Assembly (NCBI GenBank): GCA_965261395.1
Contig: OZ253462.1
Span: 5,440,001-5,504,000, forward strand
Direction of reading: 5' to 3'
Length of the DNA: 64,000 bases
Source: Candidatus Latescibacterota bacterium
GTDB lineage: Bacteria > Latescibacterota > UBA2968 > UBA8231
A program made the position numbers and the translations under genes. Below the pieces are notes generated by a model that saw only the letters and a list, made by a program, of their open reading frames with translations, was not told the origin of the DNA and ran no database searches. Of this stretch, positions 9,556 to 19,947 are shown piece after piece (position 1 is the stretch's first letter; every line of letters starts with the position of its first letter).

Positions 9556-10542
9556 ATGTACAGAGTAGGAGTCATTGGCTGCAGGGGCATTGGCGATCGG
9601 CATGCCCGCGGGACCGAGAGTCTGGAAAACGCCGAGGTCGTGGCCGGTTGCGACCTCGTGCCAGAGCAACGCGACGAATTTGCAGCGCAGTTCAAGGAGA
9701 CTAATCCCGAGCTGAAGCTGTACGCCGATTACCGGGAGATGCTGGAAAAGGCACAGCTCGACATCGTCACGGTGGCCACCGGCGACAACCGGCACGCCGA
9801 TCTAGTAGTGGCTGCGGCCGAAGCCGGTGCCAAGGGGATCTTCTGCGAAAAACCGCTGGCCACCAGCGTCGAGGACGCCGACCGCATGGTAGCGGCCGCG
9901 GAAAACCACAACGCCTTGTTGTCCGTCGACCACACTCGCCACTGGTTTCCCGTCTGGCATCGCTGCCACGAACTAGCGGCCACAGGCGAGATTGGCGACG
10001 TGAGAGCGGTCTTGTGCGAACACTACGGCACGCGATCAATGCTGTTCCGCAACGGCACCCACCTGCTCGACGCCATCATGTGGTTCGCCGGCAGTAAACC
10101 AGCGTGGCTCGTCGCCGAGCTAGAGGACGGATACGAAGACTACAGCGAGTATCGCGGCGACGGCGGACACGACCCAGCCACCGAGCCGAGCGCCAACGCC
10201 TACATCCACTTTGCCAACGGTGTGCGCGGGATCTACCTCGGGGAAAAACAGACCCCCAACCGACTCGATTTCACCGTGTCGGGCACCACGGGGAGCATTT
10301 TCATCGAGCGGGAAGGCGATGCGTACATCGAGCGAGACGGAGAACGGGAGTTGATTGAACCGCGCCCGTGGGAAGTTGAGGGAATCGAAGCGGGCGTGCA
10401 CGAACTCGTGCGCGCGCTCGATGGCGAAGGTGAGCTGTCGTGTACCGGCCGAGATGGTCTGACCGTTGTGGAGATGATAATCGCCTGCCTGCAATCGCAG
10501 CAGCAGAACAACGCAAAAGTCGCGCTACCGCTAGCTCGGTAG
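9556..10542 (+). CDS. Gfo/Idh/MocA family oxidoreductase
   Basis: GCRGIG, CEKPLA, NGTHLLD; AAGGAGG RBS. Confidence 0.93.
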   Translation: MYRVGVIGCRGIGDRHARGTESLENAEVVAGCDLVPEQRDEFAAQFKETNPELKLYADYREMLEKAQLDIVTVATGDNRHADLVVAAAEAGAKGIFCEKPLATSVEDADRMVAAAENHNALLSVDHTRHWFPVWHRCHELAATGEIGDVRAVLCEHYGTRSMLFRNGTHLLDAIMWFAGSKPAWLVAELEDGYEDYSEYRGDGGHDPATEPSANAYIHFANGVRGIYLGEKQTPNRLDFTVSGTTGSIFIEREGDAYIERDGERELIEPRPWEVEGIEAGVHELVRALDGEGELSCTGRDGLTVVEMIIACLQSQQQNNAKVALPLAR

Positions 10543-10605
10543 GAGCCCGAGGACGACTGACGGGAGAGCGGTTTCCCGGAAGAATTGGCCGGAGGCCAAC
10601 CACAT

Positions 10606-11421
10606 TTACGCATAGGGCCAGAACTGATTCCACGCAGTCAGCCAGTCTGCTGCGCGACTTTCAACGGAGAGCGGCCCCGTCACCTCAACCCCAGGTCGCC
10701 CTTTGAACTCGGCGAGTTGATCGACGCTGGCGAGTTCGATGCGGATAGTCGTTGGCTGTTCAGGGACATACGGCTTGGTCCGAGTCAGATCGGTGAGCGC
10801 GTTTTTAGCCGCGTCTTCGATCAACTGACGGGCGCGAACGGGCGGTAGCTGGCGCGCGCTAAATCGGCTGAGTCCCTTTTTAACGGCAACGGTTGGCAGC
10901 GATTCGCCGAGCAGTGCTCTGGCTTCTCGGCAGACGGCCTCATCGCCGGTAATGAGGGCAATCGGCACTCCGTAGTGCCCGTTGAGCGCGGCGTTGACGC
11001 CGGTTTCCCCGACGAGATCGTCGTTGAACCAGAGATTTCTATACTGGACGCTGGAGATGGTGTGGCACAGCACCCCGTCGGGGGTGCCGTCGCGGGCGTG
11101 CATGCCGATGAGCAGACAGGCGTCGCATCCTTGCTCCCACAGCTCGTCGTAGCGGCCCCACCCGTGATGGGCAACCCATTCGCAGTCGGGATGAATTTTG
11201 TCGGGGATGAGCGAATTAAAGCTCCATCCTTTGCCCGCACCGTGACAATCGACCACGACAATTTCCGTCGCGCCAGCGGCTTTGGCTCCGCGCACCGCGG
11301 CGTTGATTTCTTCCGTGTAGAGCTGCCGGCCCTCCTCAAACATCGCGGCACCGCCGCTGACCTGCTCCCACACCACAATGCCACTTACGCCTTCCATATC
11401 GGACATGATCAGCACGCGCAT
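10606..11421 (-). CDS. dppA: M55 family D-aminopeptidase
   Basis: MSDMEG, VVDCHG, IGMHAR, GVLCHT, VGETGVNA, ITGDEA motifs; start at ATG 11421. Confidence 0.9.
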   Translation of the reverse strand: MRVLIMSDMEGVSGIVVWEQVSGGAAMFEEGRQLYTEEINAAVRGAKAAGATEIVVVDCHGAGKGWSFNSLIPDKIHPDCEWVAHHGWGRYDELWEQGCDACLLIGMHARDGTPDGVLCHTISSVQYRNLWFNDDLVGETGVNAALNGHYGVPIALITGDEAVCREARALLGESLPTVAVKKGLSRFSARQLPPVRARQLIEDAAKNALTDLTRTKPYVPEQPTTIRIELASVDQLAEFKGRPGVEVTGPLSVESRAADWLTAWNQFWPYA

Positions 11422-11875
11422 TATCTCGTTCTCCTCGAATCGTTTAGACGTGGATTTCAATGGTTCAACCGTCGGCGTATAAGATAGGGCTGAAACCGAA
11501 GTGCTTCATAGCCTTTATTAACCGTCAACGAAGCGAGTAGTGGGTTCGATTGAATTGCACGAATCCATGTAGTGTGGAAGTCTGGGTAAAATCGGGTTTG
11601 TTTATTTGGAGTTACACATATATCTTTGAGCAATGAGTTGTAAACAGTTACAGGGCGTAAAATTATCACAGCCGCTAGATTCCCCCATCTTCGCGCAACG
11701 CCCCATTGACTCATCAAGAGTAGCAACGGCAAAACCCCACATCCCCCACCGCTCCCGGTCTAGTCGGCTTCTTGCGCCGAGTTTCTCAGCGACCAGAGCG
11801 TCCGATATTTTTAGAAAAGAATTAAAAAAACATCGGTACCCTCCCCTCGAGTACCCCCCTATTGAGGAGTAAACA

Positions 11876-13091
11876 TTGAAAAGTGCTGTCTATAGCATCC
11901 TGCCCGAACCTCTAAACCGAGGCGATTTCAAGACAAAAATCTTGCTGCCTTTAGTAGCATTCATTGGGTTTTCTTGCACCGATCATGAAAATCCGCTAGC
12001 ACTCATTAGCACGCCCGCCGGCAAGGCCAAGGTGGATTCGGACTCCGACGAATGCCTTGCCATCTCTTGGACTTGCGATACCGAGGTCGATTCCGTGTGG
12101 ACGGTCTTCTATGGATCAGACTATCGGTTCCAAACCCACGGCGACAGCGTCCTGTTTTCGCATTATTTCGCATTATATGGACAGTACTAGTAAAAAACAA
12201 TATTGGGCATCAGAAACTTCAGCCCGCTTGGGGAGAGTTAGGTCGGGTTTCCGGTCGGGTGATGGAACGTGTGGCATCTGGAGCGAGGCCATCGACCATG
12301 ATTCCTCTGTGGTGCGTATCTATAAAGGGGATGTAGGCTACTTGTATAGAGATACGCCTAATGCCAGATATGTGCTGTCAGAAGACGATGTGCAGTATCC
12401 AATCGCCTTTGTGGCAGAAGAGGGGTCGGTGCACCACCGCGATTTTCTTAGTGTCCATAATCGCAACGACCCGAGGCCGGCCGATCTTGTAGAAATAGGA
12501 GCCAATCCTATGAGGGCCTACTACCTTCCGGTTAATTTTAGTACCGCTGCGACCGATACGCTTACAGACATTCCCCAAGACGACCGGCCTTATTTGGAGG
12601 ATTCCATTTGTTCGGGTGATGAATGTCCTGAGTGGGCGGAGCCAATTTGTCCGTCTGACGAGGAAGAAGAGAATGTCGTCGTTCGAGATGCTTCTACTAC
12701 GAGCAATCCCAACTCATCCGATACGTCCAACCCACCCGGTGCTTCCAACCCACCCGATACGTCCAACCCACCCGATACGTCCAACCCACCCGATACGTCC
12801 AACCCACCCGATACGTCCAACCCACCCGAGCCGCTACTAACAGGTATAAGCCTTGGGTGGTTTGGCTCCTTCATAGAGTTGTCCCTGGAACCAGCGGATG
12901 CTCAATACGGGTCTATAAGATTCGACACCGACCCTAGTGGACGCATACGCTTCGGTACTCAGATTGGTGGTGATATACTTTTTTGGTGGTCCTGCGCCGA
13001 CGGCTACAATGGCAACGTGACAATCACGGCTACGGTTGATGGAAGCAACGGCAGCGAGCACGAAGCGTCTCTCGTATCCACTTGCCAGTGA
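11876..13091 (+). pseudogene. Lipoprotein gene frameshifted by a 10-bp tandem duplication (track ORFs 11876-12190 and 12057-13091)
   Basis: GAGGAG RBS, TTG start, lipobox-like FIGFSC. TTTCGCATTA is duplicated at 12156-12175; deleting one copy gives one 401-aa ORF. Confidence 0.75.
12720..12827 (+). repeat. 18-bp in-frame tandem repeat x6 encoding (D/G)(T/A)SNPP linker
   Basis: GATACGTCCAACCCACCC five times plus one variant GGTGCTTCCAACCCACCC in second position. Confidence 0.95.
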
Positions 13092-13202
13092 AATCCGCTG
13101 CGGTTCAGGCTTCTGTCGGCTTGAGCTGTTGTTCGATACCAACGGCGAATTTTACTACGGGCGCTTGAGTTTAGACCTATAGCGCTAGCCGCCCGAGACA
13201 AG

Positions 13203-13239
13203 AAAGCCCTGCACTCCGCTGAGGGGTGCAGGGCTTTTT
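13203..13239. terminator. Intrinsic terminator between convergent genes, probably bidirectional
   Basis: AAAGCCCTGCAC...GTGCAGGGCTTT stem followed by a T-run on + and TTTCTT on -. Confidence 0.8.
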
Positions 13240-13269
13240 GTATAATGTGGTTCCAGTCCGCAATCGGAT

Positions 13270-13983
13270 TCAGCAGCAGCCCTTCACTTCTTGGTCGGTG
13301 GGCGCTTGGCAGCGAATGAATTCGTAGAACAGCGCGCCGGCTGCGGCCCCCAGCACCGGACCGACGATGTATGCAGCAAAAGCCGTCCATTCGCCGGCTG
13401 CCAAGGCCGGGCCTAAGCTGCGGGCTGGATTCATCGAGGCCCCGCACAACGGCCCGGCGAACATGGCCTCTAGCCCCACGGTGCCGCCAATGGCCAGACC
13501 GGCCGCCGGCCCCACGGCGCGAAAATCGGTCGCCATGCTCATGATGACCAGCATCAACAAAAAGGTCAGCATGAATTCCCACACTAGGGCCGTGGTGAAC
13601 GAGCCGTCCACCGGCAGGGTGACCCCCAAGTTCAGTATCTGTTCAGGTTGCGTGGCGACCAGTACCGACGACAAACTCGCCACGTGTATGTAGCTGGCCA
13701 CCACCGCTCCGGCGCACTGGGCCGAGATATAGGGCGCGATCTCCCTTTTGGGAAAATGCCGCGTCAAGGCGAACGCGAGGGTCACCGCCGGGTTGAAATG
13801 CGCCCCGGAAATGTGGCCGGTGGCATAGATCATCACCATGATGACCAGCCCAAACGTGGCGGCAACGCCCACATGACTGACTGCCCCGCCGGAAATCTGA
13901 TTGATGGCCACGGCACCGCATCCGGCAAAGACAATGGCAAACGCGCCGATGAATTCAGCGGCACATTTTCGCAATAGATTCAT
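13270..13983 (-). CDS. MIP family aquaporin/aquaglyceroporin
   Basis: SGAHFNPAVT and GASMNPARS loops, six TM helices. Confidence 0.95.
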   Translation of the reverse strand: MNLLRKCAAEFIGAFAIVFAGCGAVAINQISGGAVSHVGVAATFGLVIMVMIYATGHISGAHFNPAVTLAFALTRHFPKREIAPYISAQCAGAVVASYIHVASLSSVLVATQPEQILNLGVTLPVDGSFTTALVWEFMLTFLLMLVIMSMATDFRAVGPAAGLAIGGTVGLEAMFAGPLCGASMNPARSLGPALAAGEWTAFAAYIVGPVLGAAAGALFYEFIRCQAPTDQEVKGCC

Positions 13984-14165
13984 AGTTTCCCCATTTGGAT
14001 AGCAAGAGCCGCATCCGCAAAAAAACTATAAAAATGTAGCGGGCCATGCTGCCTCGCTCAACAACTGCACTCATTGACCCTACCCGTCGTTTGTTATACT
14101 TTTTTGTGAAATGTATAACATCCATATTCCGCTATCGATGGATTAACCTAACAGAACGGAGAATC

Positions 14166-14399
14166 ATGGCATCGGCCCGCATATCGGCCAAAGGCTGGGT
14201 CGTCATTCCGGCACCGCTGCGCAAGAAATACCGCCTACAGCCCGGCGACCAAGTGCGTATTGTCGATTACGGCGGCGGCTTGGCCCTCGTGCCCGCCCTT
14301 GGCGATCCCATCGAAGAAACCCAAGGGATGCTCGCGGGGCCAACATCCCTAGTGGAAGCCCTGCTTTCCCAGCGCGCCGAGGATCGTCGGCTTGAATGA
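14166..14399 (+). CDS. vapB: AbrB/MazE/SpoVT-type antitoxin
   Basis: ISAKGWVVIPAPLRKKYRLQPGD swapped-hairpin signature; overlaps the downstream PIN gene. Confidence 0.85.
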   Translation: MASARISAKGWVVIPAPLRKKYRLQPGDQVRIVDYGGGLALVPALGDPIEETQGMLAGPTSLVEALLSQRAEDRRLE

Positions 14400-14808
14400 C
14401 CCCGGAGACCGCGTGCTCGATAGTTACGCGCTCTTAGCCTATCTGGAGAATGAAGTGGGTGCCCTTCAGGTTAAATCCCTGCTCAGCCAGGCAGAAACAG
14501 GCCCAAGCCGCCTGTGGATGTCCATCGTCAATTTGGGGGAAGTCCTCTATATCACTGAGCGTGAACGGGGCTTGGCCCACAGCCGCAATGTCCTAGCGGC
14601 TGTGGAGCAATTGCCGGTGGACATGGTCCTCGCCGACCGCGCCCATACTTTGTCTGCCGCCCATATCAAGGCCCGTTTCCCGCTCTCCTATGCCGATGCC
14701 TTCGCCGCCGCTCTGGCCCAAATCAAAGGTGTCCCTCTCGTGACCGGCGACGGAGAATTCAGCCGGGTCGAATCCCTCGTCGCCATCGAGTGGCTTCCTA
14801 GGCATTAG
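14392..14808 (+). CDS. vapC: PIN-domain VapC toxin
   Basis: VLDSYA, NLGE, LSYADA, LVTGDGEF. Confidence 0.9.
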   Translation: MNDPGDRVLDSYALLAYLENEVGALQVKSLLSQAETGPSRLWMSIVNLGEVLYITERERGLAHSRNVLAAVEQLPVDMVLADRAHTLSAAHIKARFPLSYADAFAAALAQIKGVPLVTGDGEFSRVESLVAIEWLPRH

Positions 14809-14866
14809 TTCGTTGGCAGTTCCGTGGGGCAGTCAGTTTCGACAATTTGAATCCATAGGTGGCAAT

Positions 14867-17629
14867 GTGTCTAGGGCACTGATTGGCTGCGCTCTGTTTA
14901 TCGCAATTCTGGTGGTTGGATGCGCCCCTTCGGAACAGCCGCAGTCGGCCTCAGTCCAATCCCCTGCTCACCTCTCCCCAACGGGTATGGCTGATAACCA
15001 CCCCGTGTTATTCGCCGATGTAGCGGCCCAAGTCGGCCTAGATTTCGTCAATCTCTCGGGGAAGGACGACCCGAGGCTTTTGGTGGAAACCACGGGCACC
15101 GGCGCGGCCTTTCTCGACTACGATAATGATGGCTGGCTGGACCTCTTTTTCGTCAACGGCACCTTGCTAGACGCTGATCCGCCCCAAGCGACCAACCGCC
15201 TCTTCCACAACGAACCCGACCCCAGCGCCCAAAGACACTTCCGCGAAGTCACCCGTCAAAGCGGCTTGCTATCCAAGGGTTGGGGCATGGGTTGCGCTAC
15301 TGGTGATATCGACAACGATGGCGATACCGACCTATTAGCGACCTATTGGGGTCCCAATCTGTTGTATCGCAATAACGGCGACAGCACCTTTGACGAGATC
15401 GCCGCTCAAGCCGGAGTGGACCACCCCGGTTGGGGCACCAGTGCGGCTTTTGCCGATTTGGATGGCGACGGCTGGCTGGACCTCTACGTGACCAACTACC
15501 TCCACATCGACCTAGACCATCCCCCCAAGGACGGCCAACCGTGCCAATACAAGGGACTGTCCGTACCGTGCGGACCACAGGGGGTTCCAGCCCAAGCCGA
15601 TGTGCTCTACCGCAACAGAGGCGACGGCACCTTCGCCGATATGAGTGCAAGCAGCGGCCTAGACCAGTGGAGCTATGCCGGTTTGGGCGTTGCGTTTGGC
15701 GACTTCGATAACGACGGCGATCTGGATATTTACGTTGCCAACGACAGCGAGCCCAATATGCTTTTGCGCAACGACGGCGACTGGTACTTCAGCGAAATCG
15801 GCCAATCAGCCGGGGCAGCCTATAGCGAGAGCGGGCGGCCCCAGGCCGGCATGGGGGTCCACAGCGGCGATTATGACAACGATGGCGACCTCGATTTATT
15901 TGTGACCAATTTCTCCGAAGACTACAATACCCTGTACCAGAACCAATCCCCGACGACGACTGACTCCATGTGCTTTGTCGATGTCTCGCACGCCACCGGC
16001 TTGAGTGCCGGCGACCGGCCTTATCTCGGCTGGGCGACCGCTTTCTGGGATTACGACAACAATGGCTGGCTGGATCTATATGTAATTAACGGCCACGTTT
16101 ATCCACAGTTGGGAGTACATGCTTCGGGGTTGACCTATCGACAGCGCAACCTGCTCTATCAAAATCAGCATGGGCACTTTATAGAAGTGGGCCGCCGGGC
16201 CGGAGCGGCTTGGCAGCTCGAAGCGGCCAGTCGCGCGGCGGCCCAAGGTGACTACGACAACGATGGCGACCTCGATCTAGCCGTGGTAAATCACAACGCA
16301 GCACCGACCCTGTTGCGCAACGAGGGAGGAAACTTCAATAACTGGCTGGGTCTTGAACTGGTGGGTCATGTCAGCAACCGGGATGGTATCGGTGCTAGGA
16401 TCTGGATTTTCACCGCCGATCAGGTGCAAATGAGAGAAGTGTTTCGGGGTTATGGTTTTCAAAGCCAACACGATCCTCGTGTGTTGATAGGACTAGGTGC
16501 GAACCAAACCGTAGATCGAGTCGAAATACACTGGCCATCGGGCTCTCGTCAAACAATTGCTGCACCGCCGGTGCGGCGCTACCTCAAAGTACACGAGGGC
16601 CGCGATGGCTTCGAGCAAGGACCGGCTATCCCCCCTCCCCAGAGCGAATCTCTTATCGCTTCGGCACCAACGCCGAACTGGAGCGCCTCTGATTTCGCGG
16701 CCCTTGGGAACCAATACTATCAGGCCGGACACTACGGTGAAGCCCACGCCGCCTTCTATCGGGCCTTGGCCTTGGATCCGATCCATAAGCTGGCCAACCT
16801 GGGCATGGGCACATTGCTCTACGCCGGCATGGGTGCAGCCAATGAGGCGCTTTCGTATGTGGAAGAGGCGGCCCGCCGCGATTCATCCTCGGCGGAGAGC
16901 TTTCTCGTTCTCGGCAAAGTCTATCTGGACTTGGAGCGGCCCGCGTTAGCTGCCCGGGCTTTGGAGCGGGTCGCCAGACTGCGGGCACAGGATTGGGAGG
17001 CGTACTTCTGGCTGGGTCGGGCCTATGAGCAAAGCAATCGTTTGACCGAAGCCACAAATGCGTTTGGCAACGCCACAAGGTGGGCACCTTGGGAACCCGA
17101 GCCGCTGTTGGCACTGGCACAGCTCTACGCAAGGCAGGGCAATGAAAAAGCGGCTGCGGCAGCAAACAAACGGTTTGCACGGTATCGCCGACTCGCGCAA
17201 CGCGTCGAATCCCTACAGTCCCAGATTGACCGCGAGCCGCAAAACGAAAAGGCCTTTTTAGATCTGGGGCTGGCGTATATGGAGCAAGGCAGACTGGAGC
17301 GGGCTGCAGCGCACTATCAAGGGATGGTAACACGAGCGCCGCAAAGTGCGCTTGGTCTGTACGGCCTTGGCCTCCTCTGCTTGCGCCGCAATGACCCCCA
17401 AGGTGCCCTCGGCTATTTGCATAAAGCAGCGATCTATTCACCAGATGACGCCGAGATTCGCGGTGCCTTGGGCCAGGCATATTTCCAGCTAGAGCGCTAC
17501 GACGAAGCCGTGGTGGAGTGGGAACAAATCGCGGACACAACCCGCATCGGCCGCATGTTGCAGCAAGCGCGTGCTCGAATAGCATCCGCAGCGGAAGGTC
17601 TCCCGCCCGATGCCAAAAGGGGCCGCTAG
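14867..17629 (+). CDS. CRTAC1-family lipoprotein (FG-GAP propeller + ASPIC/UnbV) with C-terminal TPRs
   Basis: Lipobox LVVGC, repeated DYDNDGxLDL, NRDGIGAR...IGLG...EIHWPSG, TPR helices; GTG 14867 after AGGTGG chosen over the track's 14813. Confidence 0.88.
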   Translation: MSRALIGCALFIAILVVGCAPSEQPQSASVQSPAHLSPTGMADNHPVLFADVAAQVGLDFVNLSGKDDPRLLVETTGTGAAFLDYDNDGWLDLFFVNGTLLDADPPQATNRLFHNEPDPSAQRHFREVTRQSGLLSKGWGMGCATGDIDNDGDTDLLATYWGPNLLYRNNGDSTFDEIAAQAGVDHPGWGTSAAFADLDGDGWLDLYVTNYLHIDLDHPPKDGQPCQYKGLSVPCGPQGVPAQADVLYRNRGDGTFADMSASSGLDQWSYAGLGVAFGDFDNDGDLDIYVANDSEPNMLLRNDGDWYFSEIGQSAGAAYSESGRPQAGMGVHSGDYDNDGDLDLFVTNFSEDYNTLYQNQSPTTTDSMCFVDVSHATGLSAGDRPYLGWATAFWDYDNNGWLDLYVINGHVYPQLGVHASGLTYRQRNLLYQNQHGHFIEVGRRAGAAWQLEAASRAAAQGDYDNDGDLDLAVVNHNAAPTLLRNEGGNFNNWLGLELVGHVSNRDGIGARIWIFTADQVQMREVFRGYGFQSQHDPRVLIGLGANQTVDRVEIHWPSGSRQTIAAPPVRRYLKVHEGRDGFEQGPAIPPPQSESLIASAPTPNWSASDFAALGNQYYQAGHYGEAHAAFYRALALDPIHKLANLGMGTLLYAGMGAANEALSYVEEAARRDSSSAESFLVLGKVYLDLERPALAARALERVARLRAQDWEAYFWLGRAYEQSNRLTEATNAFGNATRWAPWEPEPLLALAQLYARQGNEKAAAAANKRFARYRRLAQRVESLQSQIDREPQNEKAFLDLGLAYMEQGRLERAAAHYQGMVTRAPQSALGLYGLGLLCLRRNDPQGALGYLHKAAIYSPDDAEIRGALGQAYFQLERYDEAVVEWEQIADTTRIGRMLQQARARIASAAEGLPPDAKRGR

Positions 17630-17787
17630 AAGCTTGATAAGTCCTTAGAGGCGGTCCGCCCCAAAGCGAATTGCCAGCACCCGCTTTGGTGTACAGAGGT
17701 TACAATCTATATTCTCCCCTAGGGGAAGCGGCTTAATCCATCCCTGTTTTTCCCCTACTTCCGTCCGACCAAGACAAGGAGTGCCCC

Positions 17788-19947
17788 ATGGCAGGGCTTC
17801 TGTCCTTTTTCGTTTTTGCTATGCTGCTCAGTGCTGCGCACGTATTTGGTGCAACCGAATACCGCCTGGGCGGGATTAACGGCAACGATTGGCAGGCGGC
17901 CCTGACCGCAGAGAGCTTCTTCCAGATCCGGGATGCCGACGGCCAGCCACTGCGACAAGTGCCGGTGGGGATCTCGCCCTTTGGGGCGGGGGCCGACACG
18001 CTGGTCGATTTCTCCGGCACAGCGATCCAGCCCCGTTTGATTGACTCCTCCGTCAATATCGCCCGGGCCGATGTAGACGCCAGCAAGACCCAGATCCCCC
18101 TGCCCTATATGCCCGGTTCGAGAGTCCTTACCAATAATTGCGGTCAGGCGCAATTACACGCCAGCACGATCAAGCTAATGCTGGACGCCAATCCCGCTAC
18201 GGCCACTTTTCGCACCTTTGTGCAACGGGCTGGGGGCCGGCCTGGCGATGGCTTTACTTGGAGGGGGGCCGTGGTCTTTGATTTTGGCGGCGCGATCCCC
18301 ATCAATCGCATCCGCTTCTATCCCCGCCTGAGTCAGCGCGAAGACCGCCAACTGATCGAATCCCTGCGGGAACCCGCTTCGGATATCGAGCGCTTTGGCG
18401 AAGACAGCTTCCTAGCCAATTTCCTCGCTTGGTACGAGATCCGCACCGGCGACAATTCGGTCGTCTTTGCCCCAGATCCATGCAGCGGCACCAGCACCTT
18501 CCTCTTTGACAGTTCCAAGCGCGATTTAGGCGCTGTGGCCACCAGCAAGCGACGCACGGTCTTGGGCGACTTGCGGTGGGTGCGGAGCGGCGATCCACTG
18601 CTGACGGTGCTGAAATCCACCCATGAAAACCTCGACCCCGTCGTCGATCTACGCTTTCCCTCCCGCTCGACCCGCTGGCTCACCCTGCGCGCCTTCCCCC
18701 TGCGCGACTATGAAGTCGCCGAATTCGAAATCTACGGCGAGGGCTACGTCCCCGAGACCACCTACCTCACCCCCATCCTCGACTTCGGCCAAGCCGTTAC
18801 CTGGGGCAAAATACGCTGGGAAGGAGACGTGCCCGACGGTACCCGCATCGAGATTCGCACCCGCACCGGCCACACCCCCGATCCACTGCTCTACTTCGCG
18901 CCCAATATCAACGACGACCTCGTATCCATCACCCACGCCGAACACGCCAAAATTGATATCGCCGCCCGCCTAGTCCCCACCTACGACGCCGACCACTGGA
19001 GCTTCTGGTCGTCGCCCTACGAGTTTGCCGCCGGCCAACGCAACCCCAACCAGCCAGCCAGCACTTGGCAGGACGGCATCCTGCTGTTGTCGCCCGGCCC
19101 TAGCCGCTACATCCAAATCGCCATCAAGCTCTTCGCCAACTTCAACGTGGCCCCTCGCCTCGACCAACTCACCCTGCAGTTGAGCGAAACCCTGTCGGCG
19201 CAGGCGCTCGTCGGCGAGATCTGGCCTATTGAGGTCGCCTCCTTTGAACCGACCCCCTTTACGTATGTGGTCTTGCCCACCCTCAGCGACGACAATGCCG
19301 GCTTTGACCGCTTGGAAATCCGCACCCATGTCCGGGCGCACGCCGTGCGCGCGGTGCGCATCGATGGGCAGCCGGTGGACCTAGATCAGTTCGTCCCCCA
19401 CCTGCTCGACGATCGCCTCATCGTGTCCTTCCCACCGCTGACCGGCAGCGCCGACAGCTTCAAGCAGGTCGAGGTCGACTTCGACGTGCCAGTGCTGCGC
19501 TTTGGCACCGAGTTCAGTGGTTGGGTATTCAGCAACACGGATCCCGACCAGATCCGGCAGCGCATCGATCCGGGCAACGCCACGTTCCGCTTTGCTGGCG
19601 ACCTGCTGGCGGTCAACACGCCGGTGGGGGGCGACTTGCTGGTGGATGTGCGAGTACCCCAAGTGTTCACTCCCAACGACGACGGGATCAACGAGACCTT
19701 GACTATCGGCTACAAGCTGCGCGAGGTCACCGCCGACCGACCGATACAGGTGCGCATCTACGACTTGGCCGGTCGGCTGGTGGCACACCTGCCCGTGTTC
19801 AACGCCCGCAGCGGGGTCTTTATCCAAGAGTGGGATGGCCGCGACGAGCAGGACGCCTTAGTCCAACCCGGCACCTATATCTACGAATTGGCGCTCGATT
19901 CCGAGGAGCAGCACACCCAACGCGGCGTCTTTGCCGTCGCCTATTGA
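17788..19947 (+). CDS. Tandem array copy 1: secreted discoidin-like/FlgD-CTD protein
   Basis: Signal peptide, FDFGGAIPINRIRFYPR, EVAEFEIYGEGY, VFTPNDDGINE, WDGRD...PGTYIY, ends VFAVAY. Confidence 0.9.
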   Translation: MAGLLSFFVFAMLLSAAHVFGATEYRLGGINGNDWQAALTAESFFQIRDADGQPLRQVPVGISPFGAGADTLVDFSGTAIQPRLIDSSVNIARADVDASKTQIPLPYMPGSRVLTNNCGQAQLHASTIKLMLDANPATATFRTFVQRAGGRPGDGFTWRGAVVFDFGGAIPINRIRFYPRLSQREDRQLIESLREPASDIERFGEDSFLANFLAWYEIRTGDNSVVFAPDPCSGTSTFLFDSSKRDLGAVATSKRRTVLGDLRWVRSGDPLLTVLKSTHENLDPVVDLRFPSRSTRWLTLRAFPLRDYEVAEFEIYGEGYVPETTYLTPILDFGQAVTWGKIRWEGDVPDGTRIEIRTRTGHTPDPLLYFAPNINDDLVSITHAEHAKIDIAARLVPTYDADHWSFWSSPYEFAAGQRNPNQPASTWQDGILLLSPGPSRYIQIAIKLFANFNVAPRLDQLTLQLSETLSAQALVGEIWPIEVASFEPTPFTYVVLPTLSDDNAGFDRLEIRTHVRAHAVRAVRIDGQPVDLDQFVPHLLDDRLIVSFPPLTGSADSFKQVEVDFDVPVLRFGTEFSGWVFSNTDPDQIRQRIDPGNATFRFAGDLLAVNTPVGGDLLVDVRVPQVFTPNDDGINETLTIGYKLREVTADRPIQVRIYDLAGRLVAHLPVFNARSGVFIQEWDGRDEQDALVQPGTYIYELALDSEEQHTQRGVFAVAY

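Noticed and set aside
12720-12827. Possible CRISPR array
   Set aside because: 18-bp units are contiguous with no spacers, are in frame within a CDS, and no cas genes are present.
13240-13270. tRNA fragment or att site after the hairpin
   Set aside because: No cloverleaf or T-arm consensus and no matching direct repeat found on the other side of the islet.
19600-19947. Flagellar hook-cap gene flgD
   Set aside because: Only the Ig-like C-terminal domain resembles FlgD; the proteins have Sec signal peptides and no flagellar genes are nearby.
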